This document shows, piece after piece, positions 42,651 through 57,526 of a stretch of 64,000 bases of DNA. The stretch's first letter is position 1; every line of letters starts with the position of its first letter. The DNA comes from the human T2T-CHM13v2.0 reference genome, Homo sapiens: the NCBI RefSeq assembly GCF_009914755.1, contig NC_060947.1; one strand, 5' to 3'. Below the pieces are notes generated by a model that did no database searches, was not told the origin of the DNA, and saw only the letters and a program-made list of their open reading frames with translations. A program made the translations under genes and the position numbers.

Positions 42651-43251
42651 AAAGTGGGCAAAGTCATGAACAGACTCTTCTCAAAAGAAGACATAGATGC
42701 AGCCAACAAACATATGGAAAAAAGCTCAACGTCACTGATCATTAGAGAAATGCAAATCAAAACTACAATGAGATACCATCTCATGCCAGTCAGAATGATG
42801 ATTATTAAAATGTTAAGAAACAACAGATGCTGGCAAGGTTGCAGAGAAATAGTAACGCTTTTACACTGTTGGTGGGAATGTAAATTAGTTCAAACATTGT
42901 GGAAGAGAGTGTGGTGATTCCTCAAAGATGTTGAACTGAAATACCATTTGACCCAGCAATTCCATTACTGAGTATATACCCAAAGGAACATTAATCATTC
43001 TATTATGAAGATTTATGCATGTGTACAGTCATTGAAGTACTATTTGCAATAGCAAAGGCATGGAATCAATTCAAATGCCCATCAATGATCAACTGGACAA
43101 AAAAAAAATGTGGTACTTTAAACCATAAAATACTCTGCAGCCATAAATAGTAATGAGATTATGCCTTTTGCAGGAACATGGATGAATGTGGAAGCCATTT
43201 TCCTCAGCAAACTAATGCAGGAACAGAAAACCAAACACCACACATTCTCAC

Positions 43252-44481
43252 TGATATGGTTTGGCTGTGTCCCCACCCAAATCTCATCTATAATTCTCAT
43301 GTGTTGTGGGAGGGACCTGGTGGGAGGTAATTGAATCATTGGGGAAGGTGGTTCCCGTTCTCATGACAGTAAGTCTCATGAGATCTGATGGTTATTATAA
43401 GGGGAAGTTTTTCTGCACAAGCTCTCTCTGCCTGCTGCCATCCATGTAAGATGGAAATTGATCCTCCTTGATTTCTGCCGTGATTACGAGGCTTCCCTAG
43501 CCACGTGAAACTGTAAGTCCAGGGAAATGAGGGGTCAGAGCCTCTACACAGAGTCCCTACTGGGGTACTGCCTGCCTAGTAGAGCTGTGAGAAGAGGGCC
43601 ACAGTCCTCCAGACCCCAGAATGGTAGATCCACTGACAGTCGCACCATGTGCCTGGAAAAGCCGCAGACACTCAATGCCAGCCCAGGAAAGCAGCCAGGA
43701 GGGAAGCTGTATCCTTCAAAGCCACTGGGGTGGAGCTGCCCAAGACCCACCTCTTGCATCAGTGTGAACTGGATGTGAGACATAGAGTCAAAGGAGATCA
43801 TTCTGGAGCCTTAATATTTGACTGCCCTGCTGGATTTCGGACTTGCATGGGGCCTGTAGCCACTTCGTTTTGGCCAGTGTCTCCCATTTGAAATGGCTGT
43901 ATTGATCCAATGCCTGTACCCCCATTGTACATAGGAAGTAACTCACTTGCTTTTGATTTTTCAGGCTCATAAGCAGAAGGGACTTGCCTTGTCTCAGATG
44001 AGACTTTGGTCTGTGGACTTTTGAGTTAATGCTGAAATGAGTTAAGATTTTGGGAGACTGTTGGGAAGGCATGATTGATTTTGAAATCTGAGGACATGAG
44101 ATTTGGGAGGGGCCAGGGATGCCATGAGATGGTTTGGCTGTGTCCCCACCCAGATCTCATCATGAATTCCCAGGTGTCTTGGGAGGTACCCAGTGGGATG
44201 TATTGAATCATGGGGTCAGGTCTTTCCCTGCTGTTTTCCTGGTAGTGAGTAAGTCTCACGGGATCTGATGGTTATTATAAGGGGGAGTTTTCTTGCATGA
44301 GCTCTCTCTTTCCCTGCTGCCATCCATGTAAGATGGGGACTTGCTCTTTCTTGCCTTCCACTGTGATTGTGAGGCTTCCCCAGGCACGTGGAACTGTAAG
44401 TCCAATTATAAACCTCTTTCTTTTGTAAATTGCCCAGTCTTGGGTATGTCTTTATCAACAGAATGAAAACAGACTAATACA
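43252..44481 (+). mobile_element. THE1A/B MaLR element with internal deletion (partial 5' LTR 43252-43521; 3' LTR about 44125-44481)
   Basis: 'tga(t/g)atggtttggctgtgtccccaccca' occurs twice; ends 'agactaataca'; only about 600 bp of internal sequence. Confidence 0.9.
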
Positions 44482-44720
44482 TAACTTATGAGTGGGAGCT
44501 GAAAAATGAGAACACATGGACACAGTGAGGGGAATGAGACACACTGGGTACTGTCAGGGGAGGGCGGGGTGGGGAGAGCATCAGGAAAAATAGCTAATGC
44601 ATGCTGGGCTTACTACCTAGGTGATGGGTTGGTAGGTGCAGCAAACCACCATGGCACATGTTTGCCTATGTAACAAACCAGCACATCCTGCACATGTACC
44701 CCAGAACTTAAAATAAAATA

Positions 44721-44976
44721 AAGGAATAAGAGAAGTGGCATGCAGATTCAGCAGCTTTTAAGAGAATAATAAAGGCATGTTATGAACAATGTCATACCTA
44801 TAATTGTGACAACTTAGTCAAAACAGTTGAAATTTCTTGAAGGACTCAAACTACCAAACTCACTTGAGAAGAAATAAATAACTTGAATAGGTCTGTATCT
44901 ATTACGTAAATTTATAGTTTAAAACCTTCTACAAAGAAAACTCCAAGATCAGATGGCTTTATTGGTGACTACCAAT
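44721..44976 (+). mobile_element. Ancient L1M host ORF2 piece 5
   Basis: 'tgttatgaacaa...gacaacttag...caaagaaaactccaagatcagatggctttattggtga'. Confidence 0.75.
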
Positions 44977-44979
44977 AAA

Positions 44980-45165
44980 TGGGGAGCTATTGTTTAATAG
45001 TTATGGAGATTCAGTTTGGGATGAAGACTATGTTCTGGAGATGTATAGTGGTGATTGTTGCACAACAATGGAAAAGTATTTATTGCCACTCAATTTTACA
45101 CTTATAAATGATTAAAACTGTGATGTTTATGTTATCTATATTTTACCACAATATAAAAAATTGTA
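44980..45165 (+). mobile_element. L1MB-type 3' end
   Basis: 'ggggagctattgtttaatag...ttctggagatgtatagtggtgattgttgcacaacaatg...tatattttaccacaat'. Confidence 0.8.
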
Positions 45166-45229
45166 AAAATTCATCCGCTACCGACGTGTCACATATTAAA
45201 ACAAATAAAAAAAATTCAGAAAAATAAAT

Positions 45230-45570
45230 CACTGAAGAATACCTACACTCATAAATTATGATCCTACTTACTTTAAATTTAAGAACTGACAACAATAAAT
45301 AATATTTTATTTAGAGATATGATACATATTGTTGGTTAAATTATAAAGAAAACTAAGATAAGATTAATAGATATTTAAGGGAATGATTAACTCTGAACAA
45401 AGGGAGTGCAATGTGAATGGGGAACACAAGAAGGTTATTTCTAAAGAACTATTAAGGTTTCCAAACTTATGTGGTAAGTAGACAAATGTTTCCTTTTTAT
45501 TAGTCTTAAACTCTGCATATGTGTTTGATTCAATATTTTGTATGTATGATTTATTTCACAAGAAAGAGGT
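45230..45570 (+). mobile_element. Probable L1ME-type 3' end fragment
   Basis: Degenerate similarity ('ttatttagagatatgatacata...ggggaacacaagaagg...tttgtatgtatgatttatttcacaa'). Confidence 0.5.
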
Positions 45571-46029
45571 GGCTAGAAAGGTTGGAGGAGGTTATTAGAT
45601 ACTCAGTGGTTAGGCAAGGGTCATACATTTAACTTCTAATATCATCCAACATTGCCTAGCTCAAGAAGAAAATGCTTGTGGAGAGAACATCTCTAAAATT
45701 AAACATCAATAATTGATGCTTTCTTCAATTCGCTTTTGTTAACATTTTACTCTGTGATTAATTCAATAAATGCTATGTCTCCAAAAGTAGTTGACATATA
45801 ACCCACTTTACATACATTCCAAAATTGCGAGTAGTGAGTTTAATGTTCTACTGACAAAAACATTTATTACACTTAAGAACTTCTGTATTATGTCCTTCAG
45901 TCACTGACATTAGTTTTGTTTTTTCTCTTTGCTCTGAAACATTGAGAATTCTTTTCACTTAATTCTAAACAATTAGAAAATTAAGTTAAGAAAAAATCAG
46001 CAGAAACCAAATTTTTGTATTTCTGTCAT

Positions 46030-46160
46030 TGACAATGATTTGGACTATACCTGTAATGCAATTTATTACCTAAAAATAGGTTTGACAGCATTTCCTTACC
46101 TCGCATAAAGATTAAATGGTTTAATAAATGTATAGTGTTTGCATATACAACACATCTCTA
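46030..46160 (+). mobile_element. MIR fragment
   Basis: 'ttacctaaaaatagg...ccttacctcgcataaagattaaatggtttaataaatgtatagtg'. Confidence 0.5.
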
Positions 46161-46689
46161 TCAATATACTAATGCTGATGTTGTGCATAACACAAACTCT
46201 GTTCTAGTGCCATTTTCTATAAGCACCTTAGTCTTACCACCAACTTGGAAATGCATTGACAATTTACTCTTTTGAAACCTACCTTGGGTTCCTTAAACCT
46301 GACCTCAGCATTATTTAACAAAGCGTAAAGAAAAAAATCATATTAAACCATAGCTGTGTCATCCTAGCTGAGTCTTGGCGAATGCTTCTGGATCTGCAGA
46401 GCAAGAGGGAATGACAGTAGCGATGGTAAAATTTTTGCATGTAAATAAGACCTCCACCTTTTTATTATGTATGAGAGCTTTCTTCCAGAATACAGAAATC
46501 TAAATCCATGTACTGAATAAATGAGGCTGCGGAGAAATAAAGGATACTGGTCCCTTTATAACAACAAAGAATATTGTTAACAAATGAGTTAACAACAATA
46601 AAACAAAATATTTAAAGTGGCCAAATTTTTCATAAGATTTTAGAAACGTATGCTGCAGAGCCTAATGCCATCTTTTGATGTAACAAAGC

Positions 46690-46895
46690 AATATCAATAC
46701 TTTACATTTGTATAGTTCTTGATTATTTACAGATTGATTCCATATACTTATCTCACTTTGTCCTCACAACAGACTTATAAGTTAATATATTTCACAGCTG
46801 ATGAGACACCTCAGAGAGGCTATGTGGCTTCTCTGACATCAAACAGCTAATGAATCAGAACATGATACTTAATGCCAGGTCTTTTTTATTCTAGT
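46690..46895 (-). mobile_element. MIR
   Basis: 'tatctcactttgtcctcacaac...atttcacagctgatgagacacctcagagaggctatgtggctt...acagctaat'. Confidence 0.75.
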
Positions 46896-49057
46896 GGTTA
46901 TTTACACAATTCCACACCCTAAAGGGCACATGCCTATGCACTTCATAAAGGAGAGAAACTGTAAGTTAATTGACAGCAAGTGTTATAATGAGGAACCTGT
47001 TTGATTATCCAGATGACTGATACCACAATTGGGGTATTTCACCAATTTAACAATACTTACTTATGAATTCATTAAATAGCTTGGCTTTTCATGAAAGGCC
47101 ATGTATTTGTAACTAAATTTTAATTTAGAAATTAGAGAAGCAATTTTAGCAACTTAGTGATTTGCAGAAAGAAAAAAAACATTAAAAATTACTAATTTTT
47201 CCTCTTCTAGGGAACTAAACTACCTGCCTTATAATTAAAGGGCGTTTTAGTGTTTGTGTGTGTGTGCATGCATGTGTGGGGTGTGTGAGAGAGAAAAAGA
47301 TACTTTTGTATATAGTATCAATGTGTCATTTTATTTTGCGTATTATCTATTTATTTATCTAGCTACCCATCCCAAGCAAGAATAATCAATATAAGCACAT
47401 CCTTAACAAAATTTTCTAAACATGTATTCCCACTATGAATAATAATATCCAGTATCTATGTAAGCCCTATGTGCTAAGAAAAGCACATTTTAAAATGGTG
47501 TGTACTTATGACCTAATTTAAACATTTCAAATATTTCATGGTACTCTTCTTTTAGCCTTAAAATATAGAGACTCTCATCAGAAAGAATTGCATTCAATAA
47601 TGTAACATCACGAGTAATACCAGAGTTACAGCTTTTTTTATTTAAATAACTTTGACTATGTTTGGGAGCAGAAATAGATTATTCTATTTGATTAACATTA
47701 TGAGACTTAATAGCTTTTTAAAATTTTGGATTTATTTTGCTTCTATGTTTTAGCTTTTTTGCCTTGGGAAGTGGTGTTTACCTTGTAAGAAGACTGAAGG
47801 AAACTCAAGGGAAACCCATTTTCATAAAAACATGGGAAATTAATGAAGATCAGATATTTTTGCTCAAAGATAAGAAATGTACATGCAAACATATGTGTAT
47901 ACTCACAGAATATGCCTATTGTTTAGAAGCAAATATATGAGAGTTGGGAGAATAAAACAAGTTGCTATGTTTTTTCATGGAAGAAACAATAGTTGTTAAA
48001 ATACTCTGATGTTTCTAACCCAAATGATACCATTTTTAACTGTGTAATAGAAAAGGACTGAACGTCTTGCTTACCCACCCTCATCTCCTAATATGTGGAT
48101 GAATAAAGTGCAGACATACTATCTTGCCTTTGCTTTTGTTCTTCAATAAATAGGTAGTTTCACACTCTACATTCTTACTCTTTGCCACCTTTTCTTGAGA
48201 CCGCCATAGAACTGCCTGTCAATTTATTCTTTCTCCCTAATGCCACTGTGCTCAGATCATTATTACAGGCTCTTTTCCACTTCTAACATCCAACTGAATT
48301 TTGCCTGTTTATTCAGTTCATAGACATCAGAAGATACTGAATGACTCGACATTGCTAATGAAACCCTTGAGACAATCCCTAGAGTTGAGATTGCAGGCTT
48401 GTTCTTCAGGGTACTAAGGCAGAACAGGAGTTGAAGCCTGAGCAACAAGAAAACATTGTCTTTCTTCATGAACACATTATATTTAATCAGTTGACCTTAA
48501 GGAAAGTCATCCTTTGGGATGACAAAATAGTTTGGTTTATCCAACATAATTATTTTTAAAAACCATAATTGTTTAGAAAGAAATGATTTGACCTTTAGCA
48601 TATATAATGAAAAACCATAATCTCATTGTATTTTTCCTCAGATTGGTTGAATTTCATTGTGAAAATGTACATACAAGGGAACCGTGTCTTGCTTAGGCTC
48701 TCATTAAAACTATCTGTTGAAGAAAGAAGAGAGAAATGACCTTCCTGTCATCAATTACCTCGAAAGCTGGTCAAATTCATATTATAGATAATATGAAATC
48801 ATTTTTACATTTGAAATATGCACTACTTTCAAATTCAATTAAATTCAGTTTTCAAATGCACTTTTAAGTTCATTCACTCAGGTTGTTTCTACACAACACA
48901 TTAGTCGGTACAACTAAGTTTGACAGTTGATTTATTTATTAAAATGTTTTTGAAATTCACTGATGAATTCAGTCAAACCAGTGAAACTAGACATGTCCTT
49001 TAAAACTCAGTTTTTTTAAAAAAAGCAAACAGTATTTTGATGTTTGCTTCAGTATTC

Positions 49058-49070
49058 CCACTAGATGGCA
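49058..49070 (+). promoter_or_regulatory. Candidate CTCF binding site
   Basis: CCACTAGATGGCA matches the core CTCF consensus CCASYAGRKGGCR, in non-repeat DNA. Confidence 0.5.
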
Positions 49071-50426
49071 AACTTTAGTCATAAATGCAGAAGTCATTTT
49101 AAAAACAATATAAGAAGGTTTTTTGTTATGTGACAAAAATGGCTAACAAGATGTTAACATTAATTTTTATTATAATCATCATTTTATCACGCTTAAGGTA
49201 AAAGTCTTAACAAGATATTTGCCGGAGTAGTTCTAAAATACTAAATTTGGAAAAGCAAAACAGGATAATCTGTAAAGTAAGGTATAAAATAAAAGGTATG
49301 GCAATAACAAGAAAGCTTTCAAATCCTTGATAACTCCAGCAATCCTGGACTGTTCGTTAGGGAAAAGATCGATCTTATAAAGGGAATAGAGAGAAAACAA
49401 GAAAATAATTTTTTAAATTTAATTTTTTAAATTTAAATCTAATTTCCATGATTCTTGTTATAACTTTCATATTTGTGATATATGATTGCCAGAAAAGCAG
49501 AAAGTTGATAATAAGTTAAAAAGAAAGGAAATATGTTAAAGGTAAGCTTCTAAATTAAGTGTAGGACCAAAAATAACAGATGCTAGTTTTCTGAAGAGTT
49601 TTAAGTGAGCCATAAATAAGTTTTTTTTTTTAATTTGGGGAAACAATCTTTTATAAGATACTATTCTATGCAAGTATTATAACAAATAAATCTCTGAAAG
49701 ATCATTGAACACTATGGCCAGGCATCTGAAAATCCCCTGATTGTTGTATAAGATTCTGTTATACTGGTTTGAAAGGCTTTCAAGTAGATATTTTCTATCA
49801 CAGTCCAAAGGCTACATTAAAAAAGAGAACATTTATATATTTAAAAGTCATGTACTGATTTTCAACGTGATTGCCTACAGACAAATATAATGCTTTCCCT
49901 CCAAGACTCAGTCTCACTGATTAAAATTTAATATTCTGTTTAAATGAATTTTATTAATTTCTATTATGCAAATGTAAATAAGGTAAATTGAAAAGAAAAC
50001 ATGGCATATTTGTTACTCAGGTATATCCACTTCCAAAGTTACTGCTTAGTAGTTTATGATATTTTCACTGTAAAGTAGTTTAACCTCTGACTTTGCAGTT
50101 TTGAGGGAATTGTGCTACCTAATCAGCCACTACGTCTACAGTTTTCCATTTAGCAGATACTAACATCATTAGTAAGATAATCTATAATGGAACTATAGAA
50201 ACTCACAATTGCAGTTAGGTACAAAAGTCCTTAATGATGACAACCCACAGGAAGATTGACAATTTGTGACATTTTACAACATGCAATATTGTAGAATGTT
50301 GTGCTTTGATGTGTATGCCCAAGAGCTATATACAGCAATAAGTCATTGGTGCTCTTGGGTTCCTATTAGAACCTCATGGATCGCATTATCCCAGAACATT
50401 CCTGAAGGAAAGCATGCTCCTAGAAT

Positions 50427-50427
<1 letters not shown>

Positions 50428-50476
<49 letters not shown>

Positions 50477-50511
50477 GAGAGAGAGAGAGAAAGAGAGAAA
50501 GAAAGAGAGAG
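50428..50511. repeat. Compound (CA)n(TA)n(GA)n microsatellite
   Basis: Directly visible. Confidence 0.97.
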
Positions 50512-51584
50512 AAAAAGAAGGTAGAATTATAGAAGTCTGGGTTATGTGTATTGTATATCATGGGTTTGATTAAAATGTTAAATTCTACAATGCTTTATAA
50601 ATGTGATGTGAAACATAGGAAAGAAATCAGTTGACTATCAATTTAAGAGAACTTTTATATCATAATTACTTTATTATTATTAAGGAAATACAGATAATAA
50701 TTTTATTTGATATATAATTCAATTAACCACAAACTAAAAATCTGTTCATTTATATCAACGGAAGGTACAACTCTGTTCACCCACCAATGTTGACCCAAAA
50801 CATGAATTTCTAATACAGAAATTGCAAAACATACAAACCCCAAATTTTACAAGTTTCATTAGATTAATATGAAAGCTAAATGTGGGACTAAAGATTAATG
50901 GTCCCCATGACTTTCTCTTCTGTCATTCTTCACACATTTTTCATGTGGTTCAACCACCTACTCCCTCCAACCTGCCATTTGTACAAACATTGAAAAGTTT
51001 CCCAGGCCCGAACACTGATTCATGATTGAAAAATAAATATCTTCATTACTTATTTATTCCTTCTGGACTTCAGGCATTAACAGAAAAATTGTCTTCAACT
51101 TAACCCGGTCAAAAAATACCTTCAATGGGATTCATTACTTGTATATATTATTTGTGAAATTGTTAAAGATAATTTGTTTCATTGTGCATTTACTGCTCAG
51201 AAAAGGAAAAAACAAAACAGATTGGCAAACATTCTAAGGAAATGGATTGACTTCTTCAGGGACAGAAGGTAGGTGCAAAGTGGAAAGAGTTTCTATGGGT
51301 ACCTTATGGCTTCCCTTTCTTTCTGTTTTCTGTATTCTAAGTTACTTTGTGTCTTATTTCTAGTTGGTTTTACACTTTTGCTATGGGTGAGTGGCATATT
51401 TTTTTACTTTATTTTGTTTAATTATTGTTATTTCTCAAATCTAGTCTCTCTTTTTTTACTCTCCATTGAAACGTTAACAAATGGAGAAAAGTATAACTAT
51501 CAGTGAGTCACCAGGCAAGTCAGAGAAACCAAGGAGGAAATATTTATAGATTGGATTTTCCACACTATCTCTTCTTTAGCCTTA

Positions 51585-51738
51585 TTTTTTTTGAGACAGA
51601 GTCTCGTTCTATCACCCAGGCTGGAGTGCAGTGGTACGACCTTGGTCACTGCAAGCTCTGCCTTCTGGGTTTAAGCGATTCTCCCAGCTCAGCCTCCCAA
51701 GTAGTTGGGACTATAGGCCCTCACTACCATGCCTGGCT

Positions 51739-51775
<37 letters not shown>

Positions 51776-51894
51776 GTGGAGACAGGGTTTCACCATGTTG
51801 GCCAGGCTGGTCTCGAACTTCTGACCTCAAGTAATCTGGCTGCCTTGGCCTCCCAAAGTACTAGTATTACAGGCGTGAGCCACCATGCCTAGCC
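51585..51894 (-). mobile_element. Alu (AluS) with expanded central T34 tract
   Basis: Dimeric Alu; imperfect TSD ctttagc(ct)tatttt; T run at 51741-51774. Confidence 0.93.
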
Positions 51895-54860
51895 ACTTTA
51901 GCTATTTTAAAATTCCCATATGTGGAAAATATTTTTGAACTTTTATATCACCTTCAGAAAAACTAATAGTTTGTTATTTGTTGAGAATACAAAAAAAAAA
52001 AAAACTCATAGTATAAACATTCAGATATCGCAGCAGGTCACAATATATTTATGTCTGTGTATGTCTGTGTATGTAATTCTCCTCTGCACCTCACCCTCCC
52101 CCACCCCCCAAAAAAACTGACTATCAAAAATCTCAGAATGAGTAAATTATTTAGATTGCCACACGGTGCAAGTAGCTGGCAGAATCATTTTTTGACTGCC
52201 AAGAAAAACTACGGTAATCCTAAAGTACTAGATACAAATCTATTTTGACCAGTTTGAACCTCCTCCCTAGTACAGACACATATATTTTTTCTATAATATA
52301 GATATAATCCAAGGAAAACTGAGATACCTTGGTTTTATAAAATATGCATTCAGTGTCATGCATACATATTTGTGCTGATAATTCTTATGGATAAAGCAGC
52401 ATGTGAGGGAGAAAAGAACACTCTACAGGAAGTATATAGAGAAGTTAACCTTATATTTTGTTATAACGTAGGCAAACCGGTTAGAATATTAACTAAGAAT
52501 TTATAGCTACTGAGTTGTTATGATCTTATGCAGACAGAGCCATAGGCATGGAGGATATCAGAGAGAGAGCTCATGCCCCCAAGGATCCAATCTCTTACTC
52601 CCTAGTGTGACTATTATATTATCCCCTCCTTTTGTTTCTTCTTCCTGACATTCATGAAGCAAAATAATAATATCTTACTTCCAATTCACTCACTGACATT
52701 TCTACTGGTAACACTCTCGTTTTGAAAAGTGAGCTGTAAGCATCTCTCCTGCATTTTTAATGCTGAACCAAAATAGCTTCCAAAAACTAAAATTCATTAA
52801 ATCCCATAAAGATTGCTATTTTTTCCTTTTAAATGGAGAAATTAAAGGGTCATCTATAAGATCTACTTCACAATACAAAAGCTGAGCACATTATAACAGT
52901 GAGCTCACAAAAGAAATCAAGAAAGCCTCTACTCACTGCAGTTAAACAGACTGAAAAACGCAGCCTCACTTTCCTGTCAGTTGGAGACAGCAAGGAGTCT
53001 CCTGAAAGAAAAGCTCTCACAGGAATTCATACCACCTCACTTTACTGCCAATTAAAATCACAGGAAAAACAGCAGGGGCATTTCAGCTGATTCTAATTAC
53101 CATGAGACCGTAAAGGGCTACTCAGAGATAGCTTAAAATCCGCAAACTATGGTTTATAGAAATAGATAAATAAGTGTATGCTGGAAGGAGTGAGAGTGAT
53201 GATAACCTCTTACGCTGGCCCAGGTAGATCTATCAAGTGGCCTTCAAAGATAGGGGACATTCTGCTGCTGCTATACTGTCTGACTGACAGAATGATGTAG
53301 ATTGTCATGAAAGACAGAAGAGAAAAGGCTGTCACTTTCATCACAACACAACTGGTTGACAGCTCTCCATAACTGCCACGTGGAAGTAAAGTAGCAGCTG
53401 GAAATCTAGGAATATTCTGAGATGGTGAACCTCCATGCCAAGGGGTACATACACTGGGCACTCGAATTGAGGGCTCATACATCTAGGGTGTCATGGGTTC
53501 TTAATGTTCCTCTTTACCCCTCAATATCACATCTGTTTTTGGATTATGTTTAAGTCAGGTTTACTGGGAGCTATAAAATGAATAAAACTCTCTCCAAGCA
53601 GTCCCTTTTTCATCATATGTATTTTACTTGGACAGTTATGAAAATTCAATAGGATTTTTCAGTCAAAAGGCAAGATCAGATTTGTACTTTGAATCATGCT
53701 TAGACTCCAGAGTATGCCAAATGTCACTTCAGAGTGGGGAAAAAAAGGTATTTCCCTAACTCATTCAGGCTTTGAATACCATTACATAAATTTCAGTTAA
53801 AAGTAGTCCTCGAGATAAAAATTGGTCATTTGCATACTGTAAAGAAAAAGTTTTTTAAATCAACTTTTGGTTCACAGACATATGAAAATCCAATGAAAAT
53901 TATAAATCTTCAGATAATGTAATTTCATGTATTCACAAAATGTTGAATGCAAATGTAAATGTTTCCTGTGTTCCTTTAGTTCCATTGATTTATATTAAGA
54001 ACTTCTGCTCCCAAAGACCAAATATGGAAACGAAACAGTCAGACTTCAAAGAAAATAATTTGTCATTGTTGGTTTTCTTTATCCAAACTATTCTGAGAGG
54101 GTGGTTCTTTGACAATGGTGCTATAGCTAAAGTAAAAGCACCTGTAGAATTCCGCAATTCAAATTACATAATTTGATATTATTTGAAGAGCTTATCAATT
54201 GAGTGAGGAACTTATAAAAACAAACTTAAAATATCCAACTATTTTTTTGAATCAAACATAACTAGAGTAGATAAACAATTTTGCTGTGATTCAGAGAATT
54301 AATGTATATCTCCAAAGTGTGTTTACATACATAATTACAGGCAGTGCAAAACCAGAAGACTGTGCAATTAACTGTGTAGTATTAGTTTTTACTTTGGAAA
54401 TTCAAGCTTCAACTTAATAAAATGACTCTCTTCATCTTGGATTCCTCTGAAGATTCTGGTTTCAGGTTCCCTCAAGCACTTCAATCTGCACGGCAATGAT
54501 AAAATTTGGAATTCCTGAGGTTTTAAAAATAATTAACTCAGTTTTACCAGTTGTAAAATTAAAACTTACAGCTCCAACCAAGCCCTAACTTGGATAGAAT
54601 ATTTTACTGTGAACCATATTTTTATAGAAGCTTGTATAAACTAGATGATTGATTTCAACTTTTCTTTAAAATCTGTTTAATTCTAAATAAAATTATGCTA
54701 AATGTCCTCAGTAATATCTTATCTAGAAACGCATATAGCCCCATAGAATATGAGGCAACATATCCCATTTTTGAAAGTGCTTTGTAATATAACTCTGTGG
54801 TCAAGTATTCTCTGCACTCTACTTCCAAAACTTACCCACTATTCAGCCAGTATAATTCTT

Positions 54861-57390
<2,530 letters not shown>

Positions 57391-57440
57391 TTAGTTACTT
57401 CAAATAAGTGAAATAATTCATCAAGTCAAACCCTACTTTT

Positions 57441-57526
57441 TTTTTATTATACTTTAAGTTTTAGGGTATGTGTGTACAACGTGCAGGTTTGTTATATATG
57501 TATAAATACAAGGAGATGTTCCTAAT
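57441..57526 (-). mobile_element. 86-bp L1PA micro-insertion with an apparent 5' inversion
   Basis: L1 extreme 3' end 'tattatactttaagttttagggta...gtgcaggtttgtta'; perfect 16-bp TSD gtcaaaccctactttt at 57425-57440 and 57527-57542. Confidence 0.9.

Larger units (their letters stand above)
42182..44720 (+). mobile_element. 5'-truncated L1 (L1PA8A-PA11-like), interrupted by an Alu and THE1
   Basis: ORF2 C-terminal peptide ([35 protein letters not shown]); 3' UTR 'tagctaatgcatgctgggct...ccagaacttaaaataaa'. Confidence 0.88.

Noticed and set aside
47190-47215. Acceptor-like 'tactaatttttcctcttctag' (similar at 48631-48641)
   Set aside because: No matching donor or open frame; such motifs are common in AT-rich DNA
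48506-48523. gtcatcc-tttg-ggatgac hairpin
   Set aside because: A 7-bp stem is expected by chance in 64 kb
51503-51892. Alu-overlapping ORFs (also 575-918 and 8342-8621)
   Set aside because: Typical translations of antisense Alu
53210-53482. 90-aa ORF in unique DNA ending at a donor-like 'gc|gtaaga'
   Set aside because: No polypyrimidine acceptor or promoter evidence and no recognisable homology
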